NCBI RefSeq assembly: GCF_006345805.1
Contig: NC_043015.1
Coordinates: 12,648,001-12,712,000, forward strand
From: Octopus sinensis
Lineage: Eukaryota
Reading direction: 5' to 3'
Length of the DNA: 64,000 nt
Shown: piece by piece, positions 15,163-28,775 of the stretch
Layout: the number at the start of each line of letters is the position of its first letter
How positions within the stretch are numbered: position 1 is the stretch's first letter
Made by a program: the position numbers and the translations under genes
Notes under the pieces: model-generated
Databases searched by the model: none
What the model was told of the DNA's origin: nothing
Seen by the model: the letters and a program-made list of their open reading frames with translations, nothing else

Positions 15163-16424
15163 TAGTTTAATAAAATTTTTTTTGATATTTTTATTGCTGA
15201 TTCTTAAGCTATACTATAGGCGGAGGAGTGGCTGTGTGGTAAGTAGCTTACTAACCAACCACATGGTTCTGGGTTCAGTCCCACTGCGTGGCATCTTGGG
15301 CAAGTGTCTTCTGCTATAGCTCTGGGCTGACCAATGCCTTGTGAGTGGATTTGGTAGACGGAAACTGAAAGAAGCCTGTCGTATATATGTATATATGTGT
15401 TTGTGTATGTGTTTGTGTGTCTGTTTGTCCCCCTAGCATTGCTTGACAACCGATGCTGGTCACTTAGCGGTTTGGCAAAAGAGACCGATAGAATAAGTAC
15501 TGCGCTTACAAAGAATAAGTCCCAGGGTCAATTTGCTCAACTAAAGGCAGTGCTCCAGCATGGCCGCAGTCAAATGACTGAAACAAGTAAAAGAGTAAAA
15601 GAGTATACTAGATATTGATTTTAAATTTTGGCACATGGTCAGTACTTTCAGGTAAGTTGATTACATTTACCCCAGTGTTCAACTGGTGCTTATTTTATCA
15701 ACTCCAAAAGGATTAAAAAGTAAAGTCAACCTTGGAAGGATTTGAACTCAGAATTTAAAGACAGACGAAATGCTGCTAAGCATTTAGTACTGCATGCTAA
15801 CAGTTCTGTCACCTTGAACTATACAATATATTGGTTTCAGATTTTGGCACAAGGCCAACAATTTTGAGAGAGGCAGTAAGTCAATGTAGCCACTTGCTGG
15901 TACTTATTTTATCCACCCTGAAAGGATGAAAGGCAAAGTTGACCTTGGTGGAATTTGAACTCAGAACATACAGACAAATGAAATGCCACTAAGAATCTTG
16001 CCTGGCGTGCTAATGATTCTGACAGCTTGCTGCTTTAACTATACTATATATTGACCACTGAATTCACAGCTATTATATCAAACTTCTATAATTTTAGAAA
16101 ATATAGAAGACAAAGCAAAGTTATGGGTCTCAGAATGTAAAGGCAAACAAAACACTACTAAGTGTTTTGCCTGATGTGCTAACGACCCTGCTAGCTCACC
16201 ACCTTAATTCCACTTTTTCAGTCATTTGACTGCAGCCATGCTGGAGCACCACCTTTAGTGGAGCAAACTGACCCCAGGACTTATTCTTTGTAAACCTAGT
16301 ACTCATTCTATCAGTCTCTCTCTTGCCGAACCGCTAAGTAATGGGGACCTAAATACACCGGCATCAGTTGTCAAGCGATGTTGAGGGGGAACAAACACAG
16401 ACACACAAACATATACACACATAT

Positions 16425-16815
16425 ATCATCATCATCATCATCATCGTTTAGCGTCCGTCTTCCATGCTAGCATGGGTTGGATGGTTCTACTAGGGCCTGT
16501 GAAGCCAGAAGGCTTCATCAGGCCCAGTCAAATCTGGCAGTGTTTCTACGGCTGGATGCCCTTCCTAACGCCAACCACTCCGTGAGTGTAGTGGGTACTT
16601 TTTACGTGCCACCCGCACAGGTGCCAGACAGAGCTGGCAAACGGCCACGAACGGATGGTGCTTTTTATGTGCCACCGGCACAAGGGCCAGGCGAGGCTGG
16701 CAACGGACACAAAACGGGGCGGTGCTGGCAACGGTCGCGAAACGGAAGGTTCTCTTACATGCCACCGGCACTGGTAACACATCTGCAATTTCCATCGATC
16801 GATTTCGATTCTGAT
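16425..16815 (-). mobile_element. RTE-tail-related short element (family C) with internal gtgccaccggcac repeats, nested in a SINE
   Basis: (CAT)n tail plus shared body; copies at about 24870-25227, 28907-29110, 37926-38095, 39556-39800, 48308-48592; same 3' end as the RTE LINEs near 13450 and 21400. Confidence 0.8.
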
Positions 16816-17049
16816 CGATTCTATATACATATATACGATGGGCTTCTTTCAGTTTCCATCTACCAAATCCACTCACAAGGCTTTGGTCGGCCCGAGGCTA
16901 TAGTAGAAGACACTTGCCCAAGGTGCCATGCAGTGGAACTGAACCTGGAACCATGTGGCTGGTAAGCAAGCTACTTACCACACAACCACTCTTGTGCCAC
17001 TGATAATTTTATATTTATAACATTGAAATACAAAGAAACAGGAAAAAAC

Positions 17050-17402
17050 GAGGGATAGCAAAGGAAAAGAAAACAAGGGTGGGGAGCAGGAAAAGAGGGA
17101 TAGAAAGGAGGTAATGGGTCATATACCCCAGAACAAATGGTGCGCTCAGCTGTGCTCTGCAGTAATGACTGTGATAGTGTTGCTGTAGAGAATGGCTAGT
17201 GACACTGCAGTAGCCACTTCATCTCACAGGGCTCATTTCTCCGACAGGCCATCATAATCCCTATTTTGCTGAGGAAATCTGTAGTACAGGGTCCTAAAAC
17301 ACCGAACATCTTAATAGTGGCCAGCACAAACTGATAAGGGCCAGTCAGGCCCCTGTATTTACCGATTTTTCTCACCACAGTGTTACAAGCAGCGACACCC
17401 AG
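17050..17402 (-). mobile_element. CRE-like non-LTR element C-terminal (RLE) fragment
   Basis: KIGKYRGL..YQFV..FGVLGP..DFLSKIG..EP.E..WLLQ pattern typical of CRE-clade C-termini. Confidence 0.55.
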
Positions 17403-19217
17403 GTTTTTTTCCTGTTTCTTTGAATTTAAATATTATAAATAGACATTTGAATTTTATATTTTCTTAATTAAATTTTTAGTAAAGATTCAAATCCATAATC
17501 ATAGTATTTAACATCCATATTTCCTTTCTGGTGTGGATTAGCCTTTTTGATACAAAGAGATAATAATGGTTTGTCATCAAATAAACCACTCGTGTGTTTC
17601 AGTTAATTTTGAAAATAATAAACAACTTGGAGGGATACCTAACTTTTTTATTCAGATGATGTTTGAAACATAACAGAGGGTTTTTTTTTCTGTGGTGTTA
17701 CTGGAACATCATTTCCAAGGGTTAAATCAATTATATTATTATACTAGCTCCAAAGCTTATTTCAGTATAGTACTTTATTTTAATGTTGTCTATTTGTGGA
17801 ATATCTAAGTCACTAGGCATAAATTATATAGATACATAAGAGAGGTTTTAATTGGAGTAAACATAGATGTGTGTGTGACATGCTTTTACAGTTTTCATTA
17901 ACCAAATTCCACTCATAATATTGCATTCAAGTTTTAGCAGAAGGCCAACAAATTTAGTTAGGAGGGATAAGTCAATTAGATTGACCCTAGTACTCAACTG
18001 GTACTTACTCTTTACTCTTTTACTTGTTTCAGTCATGTGACTGTGGCCATGCTGGAGCACCGCCTTTAGTCGATCAAATCGACCCCAGGACTTATTCTTT
18101 GTAAGCCTAGTACTTATCTTATCGGTCTCTTTTTTGCTGAACCGCTAAGTTACGGGGACGTAAACACACCAGCATTGGTTGTCAAGCGATGTTGGGGGAA
18201 CAAACAAAAACACACACACACACATATATATACATATATATACGACAGGCTTCTTTCAGTTTCCGTCTACCAAATCCACTCACAAGGCTTTGGTCGGCCT
18301 GAGGCTATAGTAGAAGATACTTACCCAAGGTGCCATGCAGTGGGACTAAACCCGGAACCATGTGGTTCGTAAGCAAGCTACTTACAACACAGCCACTCCT
18401 ACACCTACTTATTTTATTGACCCCAAAAAGATGTAAGGCAGTTGACCTCAGAATGTAAAAACAAACAAAACACCACTAAGCGTTTTGCCTGATGTGCAAA
18501 CGACCCTTCCAGCTCACCACCTTAATTTCACTGATAATATTGGGCAACTCAAAGCTATAGTAGAAAGTACACTTGTCCAAAACTACTCTACAATGGGATC
18601 AAACTTTGAATTATACAATAGTGAAGCAAATTTCTTAACCACATGACTATACCTGCACATACATGTGAGATTATGATGGAAAGTTTCAATGTGAATGATT
18701 TACACTGATTTATTCTTAATCATCGAACAAGAAGTAGTTTCAGTTGAGTTGTAACCGATGAGGTTAAATGTGTTTGCAATATAAGTAGGTCTTTATTCAT
18801 CTCTTAGATAAATAGATAAATCCCAGTATCCCAGCTATGGCCATATTACTATAAATAAGTTAAAGAGTATTGGCTGAGTGCTTGTAAAAAAAGAAAACGA
18901 AATCTCAATTTCTTCACTTATTTAGAAGAAAGAGACAAAAACCTTGTAGCAGTTATTAGTGAAACTTAGAAAGAAGGGAGGTAATTTTAAGAAATTAATT
19001 TTCGAAGTTAATCAACATGCTTAGCAGGAAATCTGATCTTTGTTATTAGACAAAGAATAACTATGGACGTGATTCAGTCTATTAAACCACATTGGCATAT
19101 TATAGTCTACTCAACTACTGTTTTTACTTTTGACAGATTTGGCACACATTCGATCATCAATTCATAGCATCTTTTCACAAAGTGCATCCGTTAGAATGAA
19201 ACCATTTATATAAGTTA

Positions 19218-19731
19218 CTAGCAGTATCGCCCGGCGTTGCTCGGGTTTGTAAGGGAAATAACTATATAAGCATTTTTAGAGAGTTACTTCCCTTATAGAT
19301 GCCAATTCGGGCTTTCTTAGCCATTTCTGTTTTGGTGTCTTCAAGCCATGAAGTCGTTGTTCTAAAAGAACGCTGGTCTCCTTGACAACGCTTTACGACG
19401 TTGATTTCCTTATACTCCCTTCCCCACAGCTTCACGAGGGAGGGAAGAAGGGGGAAAGCAAACAGGTGCAGGTGTGACCATGGACGCCAACTCCGCCGCC
19501 ATCGACACACGAAAAATTATGCATTAAAATGGAATAAAAAATGATGTTAAATTATTTTTAAAATCGTAGACTCATCGTAGACGCGCGCTAATACTCAGAC
19601 GGGCTCGATATGAATCACGACTATAAGATACCCGAATTTGGTTAAACTGCACCGCAAAATGTGGGAGTAGTTAGGAATCTAAATCGAAGGGGACAGACAC
19701 TCACACAACTACAGTTTTATATATATATAGA
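19218..19731 (-). mobile_element. Non-autonomous Helitron, copy 2
   Basis: Reverse complement of copy 1 termini; a|CTAG..GA|t. Confidence 0.85.
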
Positions 19732-19907
19732 TATAGGTAATGGTGTTAAAACTATGGCAGCTAGTAACTTTCTCTAAGATACAGTAGTACTCTTGAAAAT
19801 ATACATTTATTTGAAGTTCAAAGGAATAGCTTTGGTGTATAGAATTTCCTTTTTATTTCAACATTCTAAATGTGAGCAGTCACCATCTGAAAAAAGTGTT
19901 TGAATTA

Positions 19908-20213
19908 TCTTTATATATAAAATTGAAGTTGTGTGTGTGAGACTCTGTCTCGTCTGATTTAGATTCCTAACTACTCCCACATTTTGCTGTGCAGTTTAAC
20001 CAAAAGCGGGTATCTTATAGTCGTCATTCATATCGAGCCCTTCTGAGTATTAGCACACATCTACGATGAGTCTACGATTTAAAAAAAATTTACCATCATT
20101 TTTCCGCATTTTTAATGATTTTTGCTCGGGTTATATAAGGGAAGTAACTCTCTAAAAATGATTATATAGTTATTTCTCTTACAAACCCGAGCAACGCCGG
20201 GCGATAATGCTAG
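19908..20213 (+). mobile_element. Non-autonomous Helitron, copy 3
   Basis: a|TC..cccgagcaacgccggg..CTAG|t. Confidence 0.85.
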
Positions 20214-20296
20214 TTTGTTGTATTTACAGTATGAAGCAATTCAAATTATTTAAACTGCACTTCAGATGTATGCACACACACACACATATATGTATA

Positions 20297-21581
20297 TAAG
20301 GAAGGCTAACTGGGAAGATAGTTTTTGTGTATGTGGCAGATGCTCAGGCGCAATAAACACTGAAAATGTGCAGAGAACAACTTCCGCCACATTCCAGGGA
20401 GAAAAACTAGAAATAGTTGATAGCTTCTGTTACCTAGGTGACCACCAAGTCAGTAGCGGGGGTGGGTGTGCTGAAAGTGTAGCGGCTAGAATAAGAACAG
20501 CCTGGGCAAAGTTCAGAGAGCTCCTACTTCTGCTAGTGACAAAGAGCCTCTTGCTCAGAGTAAAAGGTAGACTGTATGACAAATGTGTACGAACAGCCAT
20601 GCTACATGGCAGTGAAACATGGCCTGTAACTGCTGAGGACATGCGTAAGCTTGTAAGGAATGAAGCCAGTATGCTCCGCTGGATGTGTAATGTCAGTGTG
20701 CATACTTGACAGAGTGTAAATGCCTTGAGAGAAAGTTGGACCTAAGAAGCATCAGATGTGGTGTGCAAGAGATGACTGCGCTGGTATGGTCATTTGGTGA
20801 GAATGGATGAGGACAGCTGTGTGAAAAAGTGTCACACCCTAGCGGTTGAGGGAACCTGTGAAGAGGTAGACCCAGAAAGACCTGGGATGTGGTGGTGAAG
20901 CACGACCTTCGAACATTAGGTCTCACCAAAGCAATGGCTAGTGACTGAGGTCTTTGGAAATATGTTGTGCTTGAGAAGACCTGGCAAGCTAAGTGAGACC
21001 ATAACCCGTGGCCTATGTCAGTGGTGTAACCAGCCCACTTATGCATACTTTTCCTTCATTGAACACTAAACTCTGCTTGTGAAGACCTGTTGAGGCAAGT
21101 GACATGACAGCACAACATGACTAACATCCATGCTAGAGGAGTGCTAAGAGCACCATCCGAGCGTGATTGTTGCCAGGGCCGCTGACTGACTCCCGTGCTG
21201 GTGGCACATAAAAAACACCATTTGAGCGTGATCGTTAGCAGCATTGCATTACTGGCACTTATGCTGGTGGCACATGAAAAACAACATTCGAGCGAGGTTG
21301 TTGCTAGTGCCGCTGGACTGGCTCCTGTGCAGGTGACACGTAAAAAACACCATTTGAGCATGGCCGTTACCAGTACCACTTGACTGGCCCTCATACTGGT
21401 GGCATGTAAAAGCACCCACTATACTCTCGGAGTGGTTGGCATTAAGAAGGGCATCCAGCTGTAGAAACTGCCAGATCAGATTGGAGCCTGGTGCAGCCAT
21501 CTGGCTCACCATTCCTGAGTCAAACCGTCCAACCCATGCCAGCATGCAAAATGGACATTAAATGATGATGATGATGATGAT
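20297..21581 (+). mobile_element. RTE-clade LINE 3' fragment
   Basis: ORF 20266: LEIVDSFCYLGD..ARIRTAWAKFREL..MLHGSETW; 3' UTR ends in (GAT)n. Confidence 0.85.
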
Positions 21582-22554
21582 ACAGTGGGCTTCTTTCAGT
21601 TTCTGTCTGTCAAATCCACTCACAAGACTTCAGTCAGCCTGAGGCTATAGCAGAAGACACTTGCCCAAGGTGCCATGTAGTGGAGCTGAACCTAGAATCT
21701 TGTTGGGAACCAAACTTCTTACACATCCACACCTGTACTTCAAGAAAATTTACTATTATCTTATTCCAATCATATTTACCATTAATATATATTCCTATCT
21801 ACACCAATTAACTTTTGTCAGTCCATTTCATTCTAACATACTGTTTTAAGCTCTGGGTAATTTTAAATTTCTCATTATTCTACAGTAGACAGATCATATG
21901 TTGAATCTATCATGACATTGTCATTTAACTTTTTACTAACCATTTAAAAATATATTTTAGCTTTCTATTACTGGTAATATGATAAAATAATATGCTTTCA
22001 CCTTCTTTTGGGCAAGAGTAGTTGTGGTAGATTCAACATGTCACTTGATTAGCCCTTAGCTGAGTTTGCTGCAAGCACTCAAACCAAGCCGATCTGTGAA
22101 AGGCCTGCCCACAGCTGACATCCAGCTAGGATGCTTACAAATATTGAAACAAGAGAGGCAACTCATATATTATGGTCTCCACACACAAATGAGAAAACCT
22201 TTATGTAGTCATTTAATCTAATACAAATAGCAGCCAAATCTTCCTCAAACCACACCTTACAGTCTTTTTAAAAGACATATTAGATAATGTTTAAATGAAA
22301 AACTTGTAAGTTCACAAATTTTTGGAGTTTTTCTAAAATTAAAAGTTTCAACTGTTAGCATATAACAAATCCTCATCCAGTTCTGATCCCAATTCTGGAT
22401 GTTCAAGAGAACCAAATAAAGGGCAGATTTTCAATCCCAGAATCATCTTGATTCTAAAAAGGTATAGTAGCAAATGTAGACTGAGATACAGGGGTCCTGG
22501 ACGGACAGACAGACAGAATTTTGCATTTATTATTGTAGATAAATTTAAATCTGA

Positions 22555-22674
<120 letters not shown>

Positions 22675-22932
22675 AATATTATGTTTTTATTAATTTAACT
22701 TTTTCTCTATAAAAAAGTAGTTAAATTGAGCTTATTTTTGTATTCTTTAAAGCATTTTTGGACAAAGTTTTTTATATACCTTATTAATTATTACTATATA
22801 CACATTGTTAATTAATTTTTGATAAATGATAAATGATGACAACTGTTTTTAAAGTGAATGTTTCTGAGAATTGAAATTTAAGGAATTAATTATATGCATG
22901 TATGTAGAAGCATGTGTATATGTATGTGAGTA

Positions 22933-22938
22933 AATAAA
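22933..22938 (+). promoter_or_regulatory. Candidate polyadenylation signal AATAAA for the SHOC1-like gene
   Basis: AATAAA about 260 nt after the stop, followed by a T-rich tract near 23040; chance occurrence is likely in AT-rich DNA. Confidence 0.3.
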
Positions 22939-24339
22939 TCAAATATGTCACAAGAAGTCATTATAGAAATAATTGTAGAAATTTTATTTAAAAAAATTAC
23001 AATCTTAGATTACATGGAATATAAAAATAACATTTACAATTTTTTTGTTGTTTTTTGTTTTTAAATGAAAGAATGTATAAGCCAGTGTTTCTCAAACAGT
23101 GCAATGCTTAGGGTATCTAGGTGCACCATAAATATCTAAAAATATAATTTAAGGCTTTAGAAAACCCGTAGTAAATTATGACTGTCTTAAAAAACATGTT
23201 ATTTTGTATACAAGTATCATTAATAAAACAAGGCATCCAACAGCTTTCTAATTTTTTTCTGAATTTTTACATTAGAACAGATCTGTTTTCAATTTTCATG
23301 CAGGATATATTTGTAATGTTTTTTTTTTATTTGATCTTCATTGTGCCTCAAAGTCAAAAAGATTGAGAATAACTCTTATAAAACACTTCTTAATCATATA
23401 TATCAAATTACAAAGAACAGAGAGATCGGTACATCTTCAAATTTTTCTTTTAATTGAATGAAGGTGCACAACAGATTAAGCTGGGTTGCATACATATCTG
23501 CACATACCCTGTGCAGCAGAAACACATTGGTCAATTTAACCAACTAAATATGCTGTATGACCAACTATAAAATTAAAAGAAAAATTGGACGATGTACCAA
23601 TCTCTGTATTCTTTGTAATTGTTTGAAATTTACACTCCTGATAATATTCATAATCCAGTGAAGCAAACCTGGAGTTACCCTTCAGAAGAGTTACAGTGGG
23701 ATTGCTCATACTAAGCAATCACTGATGTTCATTACCACTTGATGCAGTTAGCTGTAACCTGGAACATACCTGAGAGCTACTATGGTACCCATTAGGATAA
23801 TTTATCCTTATTTACTCACCTTATATATATATATATGTACACAAACACATATATATATACATACATATACACATTATTATACATACTTGTTTATATATGT
23901 ATACACACAACACACACACACACACACACACATAGATATATAAAAAAAAATTGGTCTTATTATAAAACACGATACAAAATATCATGTTTTTCAGACTATT
24001 TGGGCAGATAAAAAATGCTTAGATATTATAATGTCAATATAATCACACCAATAATAGCATCCTAGCATGTCCAGAGTCTCTGGCTTAAAACAAATGAAAG
24101 TAAAACAATAAAATATTAAAACTCTGTATATAAAAGAGAATGAATAACATTATCTCATAAGTGTGTTTTGTTTCTATAAAAATAACAAAATCTGTTTAAC
24201 TTCTATTGATATAATTTACAGATGATACTAAAATGGTAGACTTCTAGATTAGAAAGTAAAGTTGTACTGTTTTGAGATTTTTGTCAGAGAAATGTTTTTG
24301 AATCTATTTTACAATAAAAAAAAGAAGCTAAAAACTATT

Positions 24340-24494
24340 TCAGAAAATAGAAAAGTTTGTGAGGATGCTGCAAAAAACCAAAATAATAGCTAAGATTGTT
24401 GCTTTATTCTTAACACTTCTATTTAAAATATAGATGGTATTTGGCTTTCTGTAAGGGTCAAAACCGTGATCAAAACGTTGTGGGCAGTCATCAT
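24340..24494 (-). CDS. Cys-rich protein terminal exon M with hydrophobic C-terminus
   Basis: YDDCPQRFDHGFDPYRKPNTIYILNRSVKNKATILAIILVFCSILTNFSIF*; the 13 exons total 1837 nt = 1 + 612 codons with no internal stop. Confidence 0.85.
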
Positions 24495-26237
24495 CTGGAA
24501 ATAAAAAAAGTTTAGATTATTTATTGTATTTAGATTATTTATTGTATTTACAGTTTGAAGCAATTCAAATTAAGAAAATGAGATGACAAAGGAATAAACT
24601 ATTATCTTATGAACCTCATTAGCTTACAGCTAATTCTGCAATAAGATGCAGTGGACTCATAGCTGAGTGCCTGATTAACACCTTATAGCTTCACTGGAAG
24701 CTCAAATATAGGCTTTTAATGTCCACTTTTCCATACTTGCATGGGTTGGATGGAGTTCACTGTGGTAAATTCTTTTAATGGCTGGATGCTCTTACTGTTG
24801 TCAACCTGCACCTGTTTCCAAGCAAAGTAATATTTCCCCATGACCAGCCATATTTTTGAATCAAAATTGAAATCGATCATCAATGGAAATTGTAGCTATG
24901 ATACCAGTGCTGGTGGCACGTAAGAGAACCATCCGAACATGGCCGTTGCCAACACCACCCCGATTGGCCTCCGTGCCGGTGGCACGTAAAAAGCACCATC
25001 CGATTGTGGCCATTGCCAGCCTCGTCTGGCCCCCGTGCCGGTGGCACGTAAAAAGCACCCACTACACTCATAGAGTGGTTGGCATTAGGAAGGGCATCCA
25101 GCTGTAGAAACACTGCCAGATCAGACTGGGCCTGGCGCAGCCTTCTGGCTTCCCAGACCCCAGTTGAACCATCCAACCCATGCTAGCATGGAAAACGGAC
25201 ATTAAACGATGATGATGATGATGATGATTGGAAATGAATGGCTCTGCTTGTATGACACTGACAATGATTTACAACTACATGCAATGTCAAGACAAAGAGA
25301 CATAAACACACACACATATGGGCTTTTTTCAGTTTCCATCAACCAAATCCACTCATTAAGTTTTTGTCAGCTAGGGTCTACAGTAGAAAACACTTGCCAA
25401 AGAGCCTTGCAGTTGGACTGAACCTAGAACTATGTGGGCGGGAAGCAATGTCCCAGTCACACCTGTGCCTCAAGGAAAATTTAAAACCTCTAAAATGCTT
25501 TGAATATTGACCTCTCTGCTCAGTACAAGGGAGTGTTTATGTAGTTGTTCAACTTGTTAGAATAGTATTGTTGTTCCCTTCAAATTACATCCAACCATCT
25601 TTAAAAAAAGGAAGGAAATGTTGAATGAGGTAAGTAAAAAAAATACTAAAAGACAGTAGGCATTCATTGGTTTCGAGGGGCCAAGGATCTGCACCCAAAG
25701 AAATTGTGTCAGTTGCTGAAGGTGGTGCAGCATCTGTTGTGGCTTGAAACATTTTTGATCAAGACAGACTTGGGCCTAACAACAACAACGACTTGGCATT
25801 AGAATAATTTTACTATATCACTGCATTTTATTATTCTCTGTGCTTCTTTATAAACTTATATAGAGGTTTAACAAGAAGAAAAAAAATCAATCAACATAAG
25901 TCTATATAGCATCTGTTTCCTAGTTCCTTATCTACTTCTTGCTGAAACTGATGAAAATGTTGAGCTTGACAGACATGTGATCTTTTAAAACTATTTCTTT
26001 CTGCTCTTGGTTTCTGGTGATTCAACATGAATCTTTCTATGATTAATGAAACTAAAAGAATAATGAGTTACTTAGTATAGCATCACTTCAAAAGTCCCAA
26101 ACCTACATATTCTGAATTCAAATATATATATATGTACACAAACACATATATATATACATACATATACACATTATTATACATACTTTGTTTTTTTTTATCT
26201 AACTAAAGTATATAACGATAATGTACTAGGGTTGATT

Positions 26238-26500
26238 GTGGAGGCACGTGGCTTAGTGGTTAGGGTGTTGGACTCATGATCGTAAGAGTGTGGTTTCGAT
26301 TCCTGATCCAGGCGACGCATTATGTTCTTGAGCAAAGCACTTCATTTCATGTTGCTTCAGTCCACTCAGCTGGCAAAAATGAGTAACCTCTGTGATGGAC
26401 TGGCATCCTGTCTAGGTGGAGAATTTATACACCATGGAAACCAGGAAACCAGCCCTTGTGAGTCAGAATGAGTTGAGAAGGTAACTTTACCTTTACTTTT
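26238..26500 (+). mobile_element. tRNA-derived SINE family D
   Basis: A-box TGGCTTAGTGG, B-box GTTTCGATTCC, then non-tRNA body; related minus-strand copies at about 29200-29420 and 45350-45663. Confidence 0.7.
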
Positions 26501-26993
26501 TACTACGGTTGATTCAGTCAACCATTACCACCTCTCTCTCTTTCGGAGAGGCACTGAGCAGCTATACGCGCACACACACACACGGCAGTAACTTCCGCCT
26601 ACCGAATTCAATCACAAAGCTTCGGTCGACTCGGTGCTATAGTGGAAGACACCTACCCAAAGTGCCACGCAGTGGGACTGAACCCGAAACCATGTGGTTC
26701 GTAAGCAAGCTACTTACCACACAGCCACTCCTACGCCTACTTATTTTATTGACCCCAAAAAGATGTAAGGAAGCAAGCTCCCTAACCACACAGCCATGCC
26801 CGCGCCTACAAATGTATGCACATATATGCAGCGCTATGCGTGTGGCAAGTTTTCTATGGCCGGATGCCCTTCCTGACGCCAACCCCCACTTGTTGCCAAG
26901 CGAAGTAGTTTTTCCCTTCATTACAAAAGCTGCTCCTGTAAATTTTTCAGAGTATTTTTAATTCATCTAGGAAAGAAGTTGTAAATACTTTAA

Positions 26994-27188
26994 CCCTTTA
27001 GCATTTAAACCAGCCACATCCAGCCAAAATATTTTACCTAATTTATGTTCAAACTGGCCAGATCCAACCTCTCGTGACTACCTTACAAAGTCATTATAAA
27101 AATAAATAATTACATCATGGAAATCTTGAAGCTATGAAACAATGTGAATAAATAAGTTTTCCAGAATGTAATCTGAATGCTAAAGATG
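26994..27188. mobile_element. piggyBac-type MITE
   Basis: TTAA flanks, CCCTTTAGCATT terminus; family members at 44619-44838 and (opposite orientation) about 43878-44080. Confidence 0.7.
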
Positions 27189-27541
27189 TTAATGGAATAT
27201 ATGACTTTCAGCTATTGTATTATTAGTGATATACTTTTATTCTTGTTACTTGTTTCAGTTATTGGACTCAGAGAATGCTGAGGGTTCTGATTTGTGAGTT
27301 TTAGTCAATCATTTAGACCTAGTACTAATTTTAAACAACTACTTATTTTACCAATTTATAGATATGAAATGATTAAACCTTTTTGACACAATGTCTTTCT
27401 TTAAATATATTTGCAGAAATTTGAAAATATTTACTATCTTAAAAGTTCTGTCACTAAATATTTGGTATAGATGTTTTACTTGTACTCAAATCCAAGATTT
27501 GTTTTGAAAGGGAATAATAAATATGCAAACAACAAACTTAC

Positions 27542-27680
27542 AAAGTCTTTCACTTTCCGTCAGTTCCACCCTTAGGGTTGATCCATCACCTGAGGCTGAA
27601 TGAGCAGTTTGTTCTCTTTTACATTTGGCATTTGCAGCTCGTGACATGATTAAACTTGTCCAAGACAGACGCTCATAAAC
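27542..27680 (-). CDS. Cys-rich protein exon L
   Basis: 139 nt, phase 0-1; VYERLSWTSLIMSRAANAKCKREQTAHSASGDGSTLRVELTESERL. Confidence 0.85.
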
Positions 27681-28062
27681 CTAAAGTATGAAAGAAGATT
27701 TTATATAAGATTTCAAATGTATCACTTCTTTAAAAATGAATAACAGATGCTAAATATTTATATAAAGCATGTACTTCATAGGTTTCTTTTACACTATACA
27801 GATTCGGGTATGATGATTGTGTATGTTACATGCAGTAACTAAACGATTAAACAATTATAGAAAAATACATTAAATGAAGGTGATGATGACAGTAAGAGAA
27901 TTTAGAAGTATTATTCAATAATTAAGATGTTGGATGATTGATCTATGACATGTATTTTAACATTTCAGGGAGTGTTCACACTTCACAACTGAGTTACTGG
28001 TATCAAACAGAAATATCGAAGTTAATTAGATTTAGAATTTAGATAAATGATTATATACAAAC

Positions 28063-28169
28063 CCAGCATCTGAAATTAGAAATGGCATCTTCATCATCAT
28101 AAGTGATCAGGTATGATCTTAAGTCTTCCATCCAATAACCGACACATTTCAGAATATTGTCTGGTTCAT
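28063..28169 (-). CDS. Cys-rich protein exon K
   Basis: 107 nt, phase 1-0; DEPDNILKCVGYWMEDLRSYLITYDDEDAISNFRCW. Confidence 0.85.
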
Positions 28170-28532
28170 CTGCATTCAATATTCAGAAAAGGATAAACTA
28201 ATTTTCATCACAAAAAATGAAATTTCTTCAAATTAAATGAGCAACAGTCTACGGAAAACATTCTTAGAGCCTAGTTATTTACATTTCTACTTTATTTTCC
28301 TGGCAATAAAATCAACATTTAAAATAGTTGTAGTAGCATTCGTTGCAATGGTCTTGAAAAGGTGAATTTAAAATTTGATGATATACTTTTAATATTTGCA
28401 CTAAATGTCTAGATAAATAAAACTAAACTTTTATTTCTCTTCATGGGACTGTATTTTCTACATTTATCTCAATAAACAGTTCAAAATTTCTATATTTAAT
28501 CAACTTATTTTAATCTTTAATTGAAATCTCAC

Positions 28533-28775
28533 CATATTCTCCAATAGGCCTGCCACGATAATCAACTGTTTCACAATATTCAACATCAATCTCAAATTTT
28601 GTCATATCCTGGGTGCAAGACTTAGCTTCACTCTGGACATTTCGGCAATCCACTTGCACACGGGGTTTGTCTGTAATACCTCTGATACGGGTTGTATAAT
28701 ACTCATTAGTAAAACCTGTTTGTATAAATGAGTAGCGTCCTCCAATAGGACATGGAACTGGAGTAGGCGGGTTAA
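28533..28775 (-). CDS. Cys-rich protein exon J
   Basis: 243 nt, phase 1-1; NPPTPVPCPIGGRYSFIQ..TRIRGITDKPR..CETVDYRGRPIGEY. Confidence 0.85.

Noticed and set aside
16560-16790. Spaced gtgccaccggcac repeats resembling a CRISPR array
   Set aside because: Internal subrepeats of a eukaryotic retroposon with related spacers and no cas genes.
19137-19181. Possible extra phase 1-1 SHOC1 exon
   Set aside because: Good acceptor but weak donor (gtgcat), and not needed for frame.
23536-23760. 60-aa minus-strand ORF after the Cys-rich gene stop
   Set aside because: No recognisable motif, in-frame stop after the nearest acceptor and no donor to join it.
24621-24702. Possible decayed hammerhead of the 13757 type (-)
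   Set aside because: Both core segments are mutated (UCCAGUGA, GAAU); only AGCUGUA and a 4-bp stem remain.
26238-26315. tRNA gene
   Set aside because: A/B boxes present but no clean cloverleaf; continues into a repeated SINE body.
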